Shown one piece after another: positions 21,332-32,541 of a stretch of DNA of 64,000 bases. Source of the stretch: an uncultured cyanobacterium. GTDB taxonomy: Bacteria > Cyanobacteriota > Cyanobacteriia > PCC-9006 > JAAUQQ01. Made by a program: the position numbers and the translations under genes. The notes under the pieces are model-generated. The model saw only the letters and a list, made by a program, of their open reading frames with translations, was not told where the DNA came from and did not search any database. The stretch is taken from assembly GCA_963718615.1 (NCBI GenBank), contig OY970368.1, positions 3,136,001-3,200,000 on the forward strand. The letters run 5' to 3'. Each line of letters opens with the position of its first letter. The first letter of the stretch is position 1.

Positions 21332-22522
21332 GTGAACGTTTTAATTATTGGAAAAGATTCAACAATATTTGAAAATTCTACAGATGTTCTTGGAGACACA
21401 AGAAAGCGACATCTACTATACTCAAGGCTCTTAAGAGAGAAATGCGGCGATAAGAGCGAAATCAAAATGATTAGCTATAGTCCACGTAAAAAAAATTATG
21501 ACGTTCTTCAATTAGATGAAGGTATTACTATTTATCCCAGTAGCTCTTTTCTAAGGGAAACTTTTCTTTTGGACCTAGTTCGATTAAGTCCGAAAATACT
21601 GAAAGGTTGGAAACCAGACTTAATTACTGTTCAAACCCCTTGGGAAGAGGGTATATTTGCTTGCTTAATCAGCAAAATTATAGGTTGTAAATCCTTACTA
21701 CAGCTACATTTTGATATTTTCTCAACGGAGTGGCTACGAGAAAAAATCACAAATAGGATATATTTGGCAATTTCAAAGTTCGTTTTTTCGAGAGCAGATA
21801 GAACTAGAGTTGTCTCTAATAAACTTCAGGAAAAAATGGTTGAACATTTAAACTTAAAAAGAGAGGTTTTACCCATCATTCCCGTAGGAGTAAATTTCAA
21901 TCCGTTAGATTCTCTACAGAAAAAAAACATTTATAAAGAAAAGATTGATTCTAAACTCAAAGATTGTCCTGTAGTTCTTTTTGTTGGTCGACTGTGTGAT
22001 CAAAAAAACCTCCAGGATTGGGTTCGAGTTGCAAAAAACATTAAGCAGAAAGTGAAACACACAAAATTTCTCATTGCAGGAGATGGGGAAGCCCGCAAGT
22101 CAATAGAAGATTTGGTACAAGAGCAAGGTCTCAGTGAAGAGATCATATTTCTAGGGAAAGTAGGGTATGAAAAGTTACCCGAGATTTATGCAGCAGCCGA
22201 CGTATTTCTCTTAACTTCACACTATGAAGGCTATGGACGAGTTGTCCTTGAAGCATACTTATCTCGAATTCCGGTAGTTTCAACGGCCTGTACGGGGCCA
22301 GAAGACCTGATTCTACCGGATATCAGTGGTATTTTGACGGGAAAGGGAGATATAAACGCTCTTTCTTCGGCAGTTATCAAAATGCTAAAAGAGCCAGAAC
22401 TAGCCAGAGAAATGGCTCAGCATGGATACGATTTTGTATCAAACAACTTTTCTAGCGTAAAGTTAGCTGAAAAACTTGTTGATTGTTGGGCTGAGAGTTG
22501 TCTTTCAGATAAAATTCATTAA
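21332..22522 (+). CDS. Glycosyltransferase family 4
   Basis: FVGRLCDQK, EGYGRVVLEA. Confidence 0.88.
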   Translation: MNVLIIGKDSTIFENSTDVLGDTRKRHLLYSRLLREKCGDKSEIKMISYSPRKKNYDVLQLDEGITIYPSSSFLRETFLLDLVRLSPKILKGWKPDLITVQTPWEEGIFACLISKIIGCKSLLQLHFDIFSTEWLREKITNRIYLAISKFVFSRADRTRVVSNKLQEKMVEHLNLKREVLPIIPVGVNFNPLDSLQKKNIYKEKIDSKLKDCPVVLFVGRLCDQKNLQDWVRVAKNIKQKVKHTKFLIAGDGEARKSIEDLVQEQGLSEEIIFLGKVGYEKLPEIYAAADVFLLTSHYEGYGRVVLEAYLSRIPVVSTACTGPEDLILPDISGILTGKGDINALSSAVIKMLKEPELAREMAQHGYDFVSNNFSSVKLAEKLVDCWAESCLSDKIH

Positions 22523-22530
22523 AGAAAATC

Positions 22531-23613
22531 ATGAGAATTTTACTATTTAATCTTGCAACAGATTTAGACCACTCCATTCTCGGCTTTACAACCTCATGGG
22601 TCAATGCTATAGCCACAAAGGTAGAGCATGTCAATGTTATTACTATGACAGCAGGTAGTCTTGGCGTTTTAGATTCTGTCAATGTCTACTCAGTGGGACA
22701 AGAAAAAGGCTATAGCAAGGCTAGACGTTTAGTTGAGTTTTACAAGCATTTAACTCATATTCTAAGTTCCGAAAAAGTAGATGCCTGTTTTTCCCATATG
22801 AACCCACTCTTTACTGTCCTTGCAGCCCCCCTACTAAAAGCAAAGGGAATTCCAATTGTCACATGGTACGCTCATCCCAGTATTACGACTAAGCTAAAGC
22901 TTGCCCATAAATTATCTGATCGAATGGTAGCAAGTATTTCTAGTGCTTACCCATATAAGAAAGACAAATTTGTTGTTGTTGGTCAAGGGATAGATACTAA
23001 TATTTTTAAGCCTAGGAACGAACTCATAGAAAACCAAGAGAAAACTATCTTATGTGCAGGTCGTCTTTCGCCAATAAAAGATCATTCCACTCTACTAAGA
23101 GCAGCTGCTAAGTTAAGAGAAATAACAGACACCTCTTTTCGAATTATTATCCTTGGTGGGACACCAAATGAAGAAGGGAAGAGGTATAAACAAGAGCTTG
23201 GTCAGTTAATCAAAAAACTTGACCTAGGTGAGAAAGTCGAATTTATTGATGGTGTTCCAATGAATGAGTTACCATTCTGGTATCAACAGTGTGACATACA
23301 TATCAACCTGACGCCAAAAGGCTTTGGAGACAAAGTCGCGTGGGAAGCAATGAGTTGTGGTAAACCATGTATAGTTGCAAATGAAGGATTTAAAGAAACA
23401 TTAGGTCGATATGAAGAACCTCTTTTATTCCAATATCAAAACAGTAATGATCTTGCGAAGAAAATGCATAAAATTCTAAGTCTTACTCAATTAGAAAGAG
23501 AGAGGATTGGATATTATTTACGAGATCAGGTAATTAAACTACATAGTTTGAAAAACCTTTCGAGCAACATTGTTAATCTACTACAATCACTTTGTTCTAG
23601 CCATCTAACTTGA
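22531..23613 (+). CDS. Glycosyltransferase family 4
   Basis: AGRLSPIK, GFGDKVAWEAMSCG. Confidence 0.85.
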   Translation: MRILLFNLATDLDHSILGFTTSWVNAIATKVEHVNVITMTAGSLGVLDSVNVYSVGQEKGYSKARRLVEFYKHLTHILSSEKVDACFSHMNPLFTVLAAPLLKAKGIPIVTWYAHPSITTKLKLAHKLSDRMVASISSAYPYKKDKFVVVGQGIDTNIFKPRNELIENQEKTILCAGRLSPIKDHSTLLRAAAKLREITDTSFRIIILGGTPNEEGKRYKQELGQLIKKLDLGEKVEFIDGVPMNELPFWYQQCDIHINLTPKGFGDKVAWEAMSCGKPCIVANEGFKETLGRYEEPLLFQYQNSNDLAKKMHKILSLTQLERERIGYYLRDQVIKLHSLKNLSSNIVNLLQSLCSSHLT

Positions 23614-23737
23614 TTTTCGAACAATCCTGAACACGCTCAGTAATGCTTTCAGTCTCCGTATACTTATAATGAATCAAGTCTGATTTTTATCTACTATAAA
23701 AATCAGAAAGTTAAGTACATCAAAGTAATAGAAAGCC

Positions 23738-24418
23738 ATGCAGTCTATCACTATTAACGACAACGTCACTAGTTCCAAGAGTTGTATATCTATCATGAAG
23801 AAACTTGCATTTATAGAGCTTATTTTACTTTGGGTAAAGCATGGAGATCCTTATATTTATTACTATTTTAGAGATAATGCGGTCATCGACATTGGTTGTG
23901 GTAATGGTAAATTTTTAAAACGAAATCCAAAAAAATATATAGGTGTAGATATCTCTGAAAACTTAGTTGCTGAATGTAAGCAGAAAGGATTCAATGCAGT
24001 TCTAGGACAGGCTGATAGAATTCCATTCGACGACAGTAGTATCAAGGCAATTAATTGCGACAATGTAATTGAGCATCTGACACCAGATGTTGCAGCGGTG
24101 ATGATCAATGAATTTGGCCGAGTACTAGAGAGTGGAGGAGTTGCAATAATTCGTTCACCTTTGGGCGAAAGCGTTTGGGATACTTTTTCACACATTCGCC
24201 CTTATCCTCCATCAGCAATCCAAAAATTACTCACTAAAGAAACAGAAGATTTTGTCAGACCCAAAGACAATCATCTCAACGAGTTAGAAATACTACATGT
24301 TTATTACCAAGGTAAATACTTCAAGAATAAAATTATTTTTTTACTTTCTCAAGCCTGGACTAACATCGTACCTGAGTCCAGAAAATATGCATATGTTGCA
24401 ATTCTAAGAAAAAAATAA
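23738..24418 (+). CDS. Class I SAM-dependent methyltransferase (polysaccharide-associated)
   Basis: IDIGCGNG, IGVDIS, IPFDDSS, VIEHL, RVLESGG. Start codon uncertain. Confidence 0.82.
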   Translation: MQSITINDNVTSSKSCISIMKKLAFIELILLWVKHGDPYIYYYFRDNAVIDIGCGNGKFLKRNPKKYIGVDISENLVAECKQKGFNAVLGQADRIPFDDSSIKAINCDNVIEHLTPDVAAVMINEFGRVLESGGVAIIRSPLGESVWDTFSHIRPYPPSAIQKLLTKETEDFVRPKDNHLNELEILHVYYQGKYFKNKIIFLLSQAWTNIVPESRKYAYVAILRKK

Positions 24419-24584
24419 AAATCATCATTTTTCAACCAAGGAATGGAGTAGAAAGTTTGTCGGCCTGTCTCTTAAGATAGATAGCTATACTTAAGTAACA
24501 AGGCTTCCGTTGCTGTTTAGTTTCTAACTCATTCCATCACACAAGAATCCAGTAAGTTTTTATTATAATGAGATTTATTTTCTT

Positions 24585-25907
24585 ATGATTTTTTTCAACT
24601 CTTCAATGAGAAAATTAATCTCAGATGCTTCTTTTACAGGAGCATCTCAGCTCATTTATGCAATTTCACTCATTTTAGTTCAAGTCTTAGCAGTTCGACA
24701 TACATCAGTTAAGGATTTTGGAGATTTTGTTATCGCCAATACCATAGAAAGCATTATTGAAGTCGTTTTTATATCAAAAAGCTCAGAACTAGCATTTCAA
24801 TATCTTGGCAAATATTGGATCTCTAACGATTTTACAGCTGCTAAGATCTGTGCAAATAGAATTATAAAAATTGATTTAGCTACTAATGTCTCAATCACTA
24901 TTATAGTTTCATTCATATCTCTAATTTTAGGAAAGATACTTAACTTTAATCCTTTTTATATCTTAATACTCATCCTTCAAATTCCATCACAAATTGGATA
25001 TGGAGTTTATAAATCTATCTTTGTCTGTGCATCTAAAGTAAAGCAGCAAGCCATTGTAGAAATTGTATTTTCAACCTTTCAACTAGTAGTTTGCTCCATA
25101 TCTATAATCCAAATCGGGATTTACGGGCTACTATTTTCTTATCCAATTTTAGCGTTAGTGAAAAATTTAATAAGTTACTGGATTACAAGGAAATGGTGGG
25201 GAGATATAGACCACAAACTACTTAGTTCTAAGGAGTATCACAGCAACATCATAAATTCAAAATCTTGGTTATATTTTTCTTTTCATTCAATTATTAGAAA
25301 CATATTTAACCATAGCTCAGGTCAGGTAGATGTACTACTCCTTAGCCTAAGAGGTGCGGAAGCAGTAGCAGTTTATAAAATTGCTAAATCATTGGCCTCA
25401 TTACCTATTCGTGTCATTGGACCAATCTGGAATGCTACAAGACCTAAAATCATAGAAAGCTATCATAAAAAAGAATATAACAGACTTAGAAAAATCATTG
25501 GTATCCCATCATTTCTAATGTTAGCTTTCTCTATTCCAAGCTTTATTGTTTTATTGCTAATAGCCGATCAACTATTCATAAATATTTATGGCAATATCTA
25601 TGCTTCTGCAACACAGCCATTTCTTATTCTTCTGATTGGAAACACAGCTTTAGGTGCATTAACAGGGTGGTTTAAATTTTGGATTGTCATTAGTAAATTT
25701 AATACTTTAGGAACAATAAATTCGGTATTATTCCTCAGTCTTAGCCTGTTTCTTGGCTATATATTTGGAGTAAATTCAGCAACTAATATGGCAACAGTTA
25801 TGAGTTTATCATACCTAGTTTCTAGTCTATTATCCTGGACATTGTTCTTGATAGATACCAATTCGAAAAGGACTAGTTCTGATAGCTATCTAAGTTATCA
25901 AAAGTGA
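24585..25907 (+). CDS. wzx: Oligosaccharide flippase (Wzx-like)
   Basis: Many TM segments over 440 aa, DFGDF early loop, D.LLL....AVAVYKIA pattern, located within a glycosyltransferase cluster. Confidence 0.78.
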   Translation: MIFFNSSMRKLISDASFTGASQLIYAISLILVQVLAVRHTSVKDFGDFVIANTIESIIEVVFISKSSELAFQYLGKYWISNDFTAAKICANRIIKIDLATNVSITIIVSFISLILGKILNFNPFYILILILQIPSQIGYGVYKSIFVCASKVKQQAIVEIVFSTFQLVVCSISIIQIGIYGLLFSYPILALVKNLISYWITRKWWGDIDHKLLSSKEYHSNIINSKSWLYFSFHSIIRNIFNHSSGQVDVLLLSLRGAEAVAVYKIAKSLASLPIRVIGPIWNATRPKIIESYHKKEYNRLRKIIGIPSFLMLAFSIPSFIVLLLIADQLFINIYGNIYASATQPFLILLIGNTALGALTGWFKFWIVISKFNTLGTINSVLFLSLSLFLGYIFGVNSATNMATVMSLSYLVSSLLSWTLFLIDTNSKRTSSDSYLSYQK

Positions 25908-25952
25908 GTTGCTAGTTGTCTCATAAATATTTAAGTTTGAAATCGTATAACC

Positions 25953-27335
25953 GTGTCTATCAGTCTCTTTTCTCTAGTCCTAATCCCATTAGCAATTGCT
26001 TTGTCTAATACAGGCATCATAGGTGATTTATTTTCAATTGGGGGAGTCTCTATACGAATGGAAGATATGCTCACTATTGCTCTTGCTGCCAGATATGGAA
26101 TGAGAAAATTAAAAACGATAGCTAACAAGAACGACAAAGAAAGACTTAAAAACGAAAAAGTTATACAAGCAACATCTAGTACCCTAATACTACTTCTTGC
26201 TATTTTGTATACAGCGACAGTAATAGCGGGACTCAGATATGACTTCACCATCTTTGCTCTCGAGATCACTCCTCTGACAAGATTTACGATTCAAGCATCC
26301 TTATTTTTTATAGTATCTGCTCTTATAGGTTCAGAAATTACATTAAAAGAATGTCATAGAAAGTTTTTAATCCTGGGATTTCTTGTCGTTGGAAGTGCTT
26401 TTATTAGTTTTGCACTGTACACACTATTTGGCATTCAATTTGGTGAAGTTCAAGAAACAAGCCAAACATTACGATTTTTTGGACCTCTGGGGGATCAATT
26501 AGGCTTTATTGTCAGTCTCTTTTGTTTCTATTTCACGCTTAAATCCAATATTAATCTTGCGTTACTATCTGGATTTGCTGTCGCCATGACAGCCACAAGA
26601 GGTGCGATTTTAGCATTAGTAATTGGTTTTCTTTTTCTTACACTTGAACAAAAAAGAAGACTCAAGTTTCGAATTTCTGCTAAAGTATCTAAAAAAATAT
26701 TTCTGTCTTTTTATTTACTAGTAGTATCAATTGCCTTTCTTTCTTTTAGCAGTATCGGGAATGAAATGCTAAACAGCGTATTTCAAACTTTTAACGTTGT
26801 TATATCAAGATTTATCGACTCTTCAATAGGCGAGTCTGGACTTACCCAAAGAAGTATAACACTATCGATGGCTACAAGTATATTTATGAATAATTTCTTT
26901 ACTGGCGTTGGCTATACAGGCTTTAAGCATATTGCTCTCAATGAGCCTGAGTATCAATTAATTCCAAACTATATTGATGCTCAAAATGCAATTGCAACAA
27001 CTAACAATCAATTCCTCCAGTTTGCAACTGATGCTGGAATTTTCGGATTAATTCTCTTTGTTGGACTTATGATCGCTAGTTTAAACTTATTAAAATATGC
27101 TGGGAATGTTGCACCGAGAGAGCAAAAAGCGTTATTTATAGCCGTTCGTATTTGGCTCCTGTCTCAGATTTTTGGAAATGTAGGAGCTTCTTGGATGCTG
27201 CCTTCATCATTTATTAGTTCTCTTTATTGGATTTTTCTTGCTATGGCAGCTGCGACTGTAAAAATCTATGGATTTACAGGAAAACAATATGAGCAGGAGC
27301 AGCCTCAAAAATTAGAAAATGAATTGATCATTTAG
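25953..27335 (+). CDS. O-antigen ligase/Wzy polymerase family membrane protein
   Basis: Multi-TM protein with TATRGAIL, R...., FTGVGY.GF and NQFLQFATDAGIFG (Wzy_C-like). Confidence 0.8.
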   Translation: MSISLFSLVLIPLAIALSNTGIIGDLFSIGGVSIRMEDMLTIALAARYGMRKLKTIANKNDKERLKNEKVIQATSSTLILLLAILYTATVIAGLRYDFTIFALEITPLTRFTIQASLFFIVSALIGSEITLKECHRKFLILGFLVVGSAFISFALYTLFGIQFGEVQETSQTLRFFGPLGDQLGFIVSLFCFYFTLKSNINLALLSGFAVAMTATRGAILALVIGFLFLTLEQKRRLKFRISAKVSKKIFLSFYLLVVSIAFLSFSSIGNEMLNSVFQTFNVVISRFIDSSIGESGLTQRSITLSMATSIFMNNFFTGVGYTGFKHIALNEPEYQLIPNYIDAQNAIATTNNQFLQFATDAGIFGLILFVGLMIASLNLLKYAGNVAPREQKALFIAVRIWLLSQIFGNVGASWMLPSSFISSLYWIFLAMAAATVKIYGFTGKQYEQEQPQKLENELII

Positions 27336-27383
27336 TCCTGATAGAAGTAATTCAATTTTTCATCTTGATTTTTTCATCCTGAC

Positions 27384-28526
27384 ATGAACATTCTTCACAT
27401 CATTACAGCTATCAAACGAGGTGGGGCAGAGAACCACCTATACGACCTTTCTAGAAATCAAGCACAGAAAGGGCATTATGTTACTATCATTTGTCTTAAG
27501 AAAGGAGATTACTGGAAAGAAAAACTTGAGAAGGATGGGGTGCGTGTAATACACCTAAATATATCTAGCTATCTCAATATGTTTGCAATATTCAAATTAT
27601 CAAAGCTAATTCAGGATTTAAAGCCAGATTTAGTGCATGCACATCTCACTCCTGCAGAGCTCTTTACACGACTAGCACTTCTTAAGCGAGGCTTAGATGA
27701 TATATTTTTAATCATTACAAAGCATAATGACTCTAAGTTTTATAATTTTATAGGTCAGAGCTTATTGGGTAATTGGGTTGCACGAAGAGCTAACAAAATT
27801 ATTGCTATTTCTCAATCCGTCAAGGTAAACAACTGTATCAAAAATCTATGCATACCTTCAAAAAAAATTAGTGTTGTTAGATATGGAATAGATCCAACTC
27901 CTTATGAACAGGTCAAAAAAAAGGAGATTGATGCATTACGTCAAGAATGGCAGATAGACCATGACATATATTTAATAGGAGTAGTGGCTCGACTCATTCC
28001 TCAAAAATCACTGCATACGCTCTTAGAAGGATTTAAGCTCTATCAAGATATTTCTAGCTCGCGCTCTAAGCTAGTTATCATCGGAGTTGGTCCTTTAGAA
28101 CAAGAATTAAAGAAACAATCTATTGACTTAGGAATTCAAGATGACATCATTTGGGCGGGCTTCCGGGAAGACATTCCCATTGTTATGAATACAATAGATA
28201 TATTTGCATTAACATCTAAATTTGAAGGTCTTGGCCTAGTTCTTTTAGAAGCAATGTCAGCTGGAACACCAGTTGTGGCGAGTAGAATCAGTGCAATACC
28301 AGAAGTGATCGAAGATCGAAAAACTGGAATCCTTTTTAGACCTGGTAATGCCCAAGAGCTGGCTATGGCTTTCAAGTTGCTCGAAAGCTCGGAGGAACGT
28401 AAGCAACTATCCAAAGAAGGTATCGAACGAGTTAAGTCTCTATTTTCTCTAGAGAGAATGACTATTGAGACCTTATCGCTATACAAGAATATGGTTAGTA
28501 AAAAGGTCAATCATCACTATGCTTAG
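27384..28526 (+). CDS. Glycosyltransferase family 4
   Basis: [23 protein letters not shown]. Confidence 0.9.
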   Translation: MNILHIITAIKRGGAENHLYDLSRNQAQKGHYVTIICLKKGDYWKEKLEKDGVRVIHLNISSYLNMFAIFKLSKLIQDLKPDLVHAHLTPAELFTRLALLKRGLDDIFLIITKHNDSKFYNFIGQSLLGNWVARRANKIIAISQSVKVNNCIKNLCIPSKKISVVRYGIDPTPYEQVKKKEIDALRQEWQIDHDIYLIGVVARLIPQKSLHTLLEGFKLYQDISSSRSKLVIIGVGPLEQELKKQSIDLGIQDDIIWAGFREDIPIVMNTIDIFALTSKFEGLGLVLLEAMSAGTPVVASRISAIPEVIEDRKTGILFRPGNAQELAMAFKLLESSEERKQLSKEGIERVKSLFSLERMTIETLSLYKNMVSKKVNHHYA

Positions 28527-29061
28527 CCCCAAAATTAAATTAGGAATTAGAGCAGTAAGAGGATGTTTGGTTATGCCTTTTTTAGGAGAGGTGAAGTTCC
28601 CACTCGTCCTTGGAAAAGTCAAATTTAAAGCTATTAGGACTGTTTGTCTTGGGAAAAAAGTCATACTTTCTGAGGGAGTAACAATTGGTGAAAACGTTAC
28701 AATAGGTAATAGAAGTTTTATCGGTTCAAATTCTTATATTGATGGAGATATCAAGATCGGCTCATGCTGCAGCATTTCTCGAAATGTCAACCTTCTAACA
28801 AGGACACATCGTATTGATCAAGTTGATAAAACTGGTAGAAGAGCAGGTGAAGTTTTCTTGGTCTCTCCTTTAGAAATTGGCAATGGTGTTTGGATCGGTA
28901 CTAATGCAACAGTCCTACCCAAGGTAAAAAAAGTTGGTTCCTTCGCTATCATTGGTGCAGGGGCCGTGGTTACTAAGGATGTCCCTGAAAACACAATTGT
29001 TGCGGGAAACCCAGCACGAGTCATCCGGAAATTAGAACCACCCAAGAAAATATTTAGTTAA
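28519..29061 (+). CDS. Hexapeptide-repeat acyltransferase
   Basis: [29 protein letters not shown] 28519 overlaps the upstream stop region. Confidence 0.87.
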   Translation: MLSPKIKLGIRAVRGCLVMPFLGEVKFPLVLGKVKFKAIRTVCLGKKVILSEGVTIGENVTIGNRSFIGSNSYIDGDIKIGSCCSISRNVNLLTRTHRIDQVDKTGRRAGEVFLVSPLEIGNGVWIGTNATVLPKVKKVGSFAIIGAGAVVTKDVPENTIVAGNPARVIRKLEPPKKIFS

Positions 29062-29080
29062 CTCTAATTCAGTCAAGAAA

Positions 29081-30295
29081 ATGAAAATCTTACAACTTTG
29101 TGCTGTTGGATTCACTGTTAGAAATTTACTTATTCCTCAAATTAACTATTTACAATCGCAGGGATTTGAGGTTGAAATAGTTTGCTCGCCCGGAAAGGAT
29201 GTAGATATTCTTCGGGAGCAAGGTTATAAAATGCACTGCTTACCCATCAAGAGAGAAATTAATCCATACTCTAACTTCAAGAATGTTCTAGAGCTTCAGA
29301 ACTTAATGAAGGCTCAGCACTATGATTTAGTTCATGTCCATACACCAATTGCTGCTGTACTCGGAAGAATAGCAGCAAAGCTGGCTAAAGTTCCCAAGAT
29401 CATATATACAGCACATGGTTTTCCATTTCATGATCAATCTTCATTTTTTCAATATCAATTCTATTTTAATGTTGAAAAGTTTTTTGGTCTGTTGTCTGAT
29501 AAAATTTTGAGCCAAAGCAACGAGGATATTACAACAGCTCGAAACAAAGGACTTTGCCACCCAGGAAAAATCGCATATCTAGGAAATGGTGTTGATGTCA
29601 ATCGCTTTAGTCGCAAATATTTAGATCTTTCTCGTCAGAAGTCTCTTCGTACATCTCTAGGAATTCCATCTTCTGTAGACTTCATCATAGGTACTATTGG
29701 AAGACTAACATACAAAAAAGGTAGTAGTTTTCTTGTAGAAGCCATTGCAGAGCTCAAAAAGGATTATCCAAATCTTCACACGATAATCATCGGTGGTGAG
29801 GTTAAGGGAGATCCCGCACCATTCCAAACACATCTCCTCCAAAAAGTTCGCGACTATGGGTTAGAAGAAAATATCACTCTCACTGGTTATCGACAGGATA
29901 CGCCTGAGCTTCTGAGTCTGCTAGATGTTTTTACTCTCCCAACCTTTACCCATGAGGGAATGCCCCGTTCCATTCTTGAAGCCATGGCAATGGAGTTGCC
30001 GGTGGTAGCCACTAACATCCGTGGGTGTCGAGAAGAAGTCATTCACGGCAAGACAGGTCTAATTGTTTCTCCTAGAGATAGCGATGCACTTGCTCAAGCA
30101 TTTCGACAACTAATTGAAAACCCCAAACTTATTAAAGAGTATGGCCTAGCTGGTCGAGCCAGAGTAGAAGCAGAGTTTGACGAAAGAATTGTTTTTGAGC
30201 GCCTTCGGAAATTTTATACGGATCTGGGCATTATAGAGCCACAGACTTTATTAGAGTCACAACATTGCTTAGAAGCAAACTTTAATACCGTCTAA
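29081..30295 (+). CDS. Glycosyltransferase family 4 (CapM/WbnK-like)
   Basis: HVHTPIAA, YTAHGF, GNGVD, EGMPRSILEAMAM, TNIRGCRE. Confidence 0.9.
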   Translation: MKILQLCAVGFTVRNLLIPQINYLQSQGFEVEIVCSPGKDVDILREQGYKMHCLPIKREINPYSNFKNVLELQNLMKAQHYDLVHVHTPIAAVLGRIAAKLAKVPKIIYTAHGFPFHDQSSFFQYQFYFNVEKFFGLLSDKILSQSNEDITTARNKGLCHPGKIAYLGNGVDVNRFSRKYLDLSRQKSLRTSLGIPSSVDFIIGTIGRLTYKKGSSFLVEAIAELKKDYPNLHTIIIGGEVKGDPAPFQTHLLQKVRDYGLEENITLTGYRQDTPELLSLLDVFTLPTFTHEGMPRSILEAMAMELPVVATNIRGCREEVIHGKTGLIVSPRDSDALAQAFRQLIENPKLIKEYGLAGRARVEAEFDERIVFERLRKFYTDLGIIEPQTLLESQHCLEANFNTV

Positions 30296-30370
30296 GCTCC
30301 ACTGGCTATCTATTCCTTTAGATGCCAGCAGAGCAAGAGTCATACTGAATTGTAGGGAATAATAATCATC

Positions 30371-31396
30371 ATGAAGCTACTCGTTACAGGTGTTGCTGGA
30401 TTTATTGGATATCACTTGTCAAAGTGCCTTTTGGAAAAAGGATACACTGTCGTAGGTATCGATAATCTAAATGATTACTATGACGTGGGTCTTAAGCAAG
30501 ATCGCCTTGCTCAGCTTATTGCTTGTGATAACTTTGAGTTTCAGCTTATAGACCTGAGCGATCGCCACAAAGTCTCTCAACTTTTCCGAGAACATACATT
30601 TAGTCAAGTGATAAACCTCGCAGCCCAAGCTGGTGTCCGTTACTCCTTAGAAAATCCATATGCATACATCGATAGTAATATAACTGGTTTTCTTAACCTC
30701 TTGGAAGGATGTAGAAATCAGCAAAAAACGCTGAAACATTTTATTTTTGCTTCTTCTAGCTCTGTCTATGGAACAAACACAAAAATTCCCTTTTCTACTA
30801 CCGATATCGTCGATTCTCCCGTTTCATTATATGCAGCAAGTAAAAAATCAAACGAGCTGATGGCCCATGCCTATAGTCATCTTTATGGTTTTCCTGTTAC
30901 AGGTCTTCGATTTTTCACAGTTTATGGCCCTTGGGGAAGACCTGATATGGCCTACTTTAAATTTGTCAAAGCTATTCAAGAAGGAACACCCATTGATGTT
31001 TATAACTCTGGAGACATGAAACGAGATTTCACTTATATTGACGATATTGTAGAAGGGATCTATCGATTGATTAAGAAGCCAGTACGGCAAAGATGCGTTA
31101 ATGAGTCAAGTTATAATCACGCTAATTACAAAATTTATAACATTGGTAATAATAATGCTATTTCCTTGCTTAGGTTTATTCAGGCCATTGAATTTGCTGT
31201 GGGTAAAGAGGCCAAGAAAAACTATATGCCGATGCAACCTGGTGACGTTCCAGTCACATATGCAGACATTTCTGAACTTAGTCAAGACATTGGATTTAGC
31301 CCCAATACTTCCATCGAAGAAGGCATGAAAAAGTTTGTTAGTTGGTACAGTAACTATTACTCAGAAAAAGTTACTGAATCTTTAGTGCCAGCATAG
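30371..31396 (+). CDS. NAD-dependent epimerase (UDP-glucuronate 4-epimerase-like)
   Basis: TGVAGFIG, NLAAQAGVRYSLENP, YAASKK, FFTVYGPWGRPDMA, MQPGDV. Confidence 0.92.
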   Translation: MKLLVTGVAGFIGYHLSKCLLEKGYTVVGIDNLNDYYDVGLKQDRLAQLIACDNFEFQLIDLSDRHKVSQLFREHTFSQVINLAAQAGVRYSLENPYAYIDSNITGFLNLLEGCRNQQKTLKHFIFASSSSVYGTNTKIPFSTTDIVDSPVSLYAASKKSNELMAHAYSHLYGFPVTGLRFFTVYGPWGRPDMAYFKFVKAIQEGTPIDVYNSGDMKRDFTYIDDIVEGIYRLIKKPVRQRCVNESSYNHANYKIYNIGNNNAISLLRFIQAIEFAVGKEAKKNYMPMQPGDVPVTYADISELSQDIGFSPNTSIEEGMKKFVSWYSNYYSEKVTESLVPA

Positions 31397-31406
31397 CTCA
31401 ATCAGC

Positions 31407-31482
31407 TTTGCAGTCTTGACGTATCATTGACAATACGACAAGACTGCAAATCTATATAACCTAAATCTAAAATTAGGTTATA
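31407..31482. terminator. Two adjacent hairpins between convergent genes (likely bidirectional termination)
   Basis: TTTGCAGTCTTG...CAAGACTGCAAA (31407-31450) and TATAACCTAA...TTAGGTTATA (31455-31482). Confidence 0.65.
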
Positions 31483-31495
31483 GGTTACTTGTTCT

Positions 31496-32164
31496 CTAGA
31501 ATTTAACAGCTTTACGAGACTTGAGCGTTTTAATACCCATCAAACCTAACGCAAGTAATCCACCCACTGCACCGGGTTCAGGAACGGTGTGGTACTTCAG
31601 ATTATCAAAGAACTCCGGACCGCCACTTGCATTGCCAAGCTGTCCTTCAACGAGATCTAGTCGTACTTTATCTAGCTTATAGGAACCACTCATTCCATCC
31701 AGAATAAATTCTCTCACTTGCAAATCTGAACCAGCACCGATGGTTAGACTAGCGACTTCGTTACCTTGATAAAAGCCTCGAACAGTTAGAGGTTCATCTG
31801 AGTCAAGAGAGAGGATTGAAAAGTAATTAATCGCTTCCGCAAAGGAAATTTCGATATCTGAAAATAAATGTGTAGAGTTAAAGGGTAATGCGTTTTCAGG
31901 ACGCAAGGCAATACCAGAAGCACCAGGATACGTAGCAGACGAGATCGCCGCTGCAATCGGACCACCAAAACTGTTAGAAGTTGAGAAACTTACGCCTTGA
32001 GAAGCATATTGGTTTGTAACAACGTCACCGGCGGTTAGGTCATTAAAATTAATTGAAAAGTTGGCAGCGAAGCTTGCTTCAGCCTTGACCATTTGTCCGA
32101 CGATACAACCAACTGTTACAGTAGCGACAGACAAAGTACGTGTAATTAAGTTAGAAATAGCCAT
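31496..32164 (-). CDS. PEP-CTERM sorting domain protein
   Basis: N-terminal signal peptide, C-terminal VPEP + hydrophobic helix + basic tail (KSRK). Confidence 0.9.
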   Translation of the reverse strand: MAISNLITRTLSVATVTVGCIVGQMVKAEASFAANFSINFNDLTAGDVVTNQYASQGVSFSTSNSFGGPIAAAISSATYPGASGIALRPENALPFNSTHLFSDIEISFAEAINYFSILSLDSDEPLTVRGFYQGNEVASLTIGAGSDLQVREFILDGMSGSYKLDKVRLDLVEGQLGNASGGPEFFDNLKYHTVPEPGAVGGLLALGLMGIKTLKSRKAVKF

Positions 32165-32441
32165 AGTTCGACAAGCCTTATTAGATAGAATCTGTACTTA
32201 AGATTGTGAATATTCGTAGACTTACGCTCGGGGGGCTTCGAGGTAGTTAGGGTTGCGGAGACATCTTCCGTGCTCCGTGTTGTCTCTTAAGTAATTTTTA
32301 GCACTACCAATTCGAGGGCTTCTACGTATTTAGGGTTTATTTAGCGCGTCTTCATCACAAACCATCTCTAGGATGAAGGTGTAACAAAATATCTCTTGAA
32401 GGAAGAGATTTGTGTCCACAGAAGCGATCGCTTCAAACACG

Positions 32442-32468
32442 AAAAGAGGTGGTCTGAGACCACCTCTT
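32442..32468 (-). terminator. Intrinsic terminator downstream of galE
   Basis: Perfect 11-bp stem AAGAGGTGGTC-TGA-GACCACCTCTT ending in a short U-run on the minus strand. Confidence 0.65.
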
Positions 32469-32541
32469 GGGAAAGCGATTGAAAATTGTGGAACTTATAC
32501 CAGACTGCCGCCGTATGCCGCAATCAAACCGGTCAACTTGT

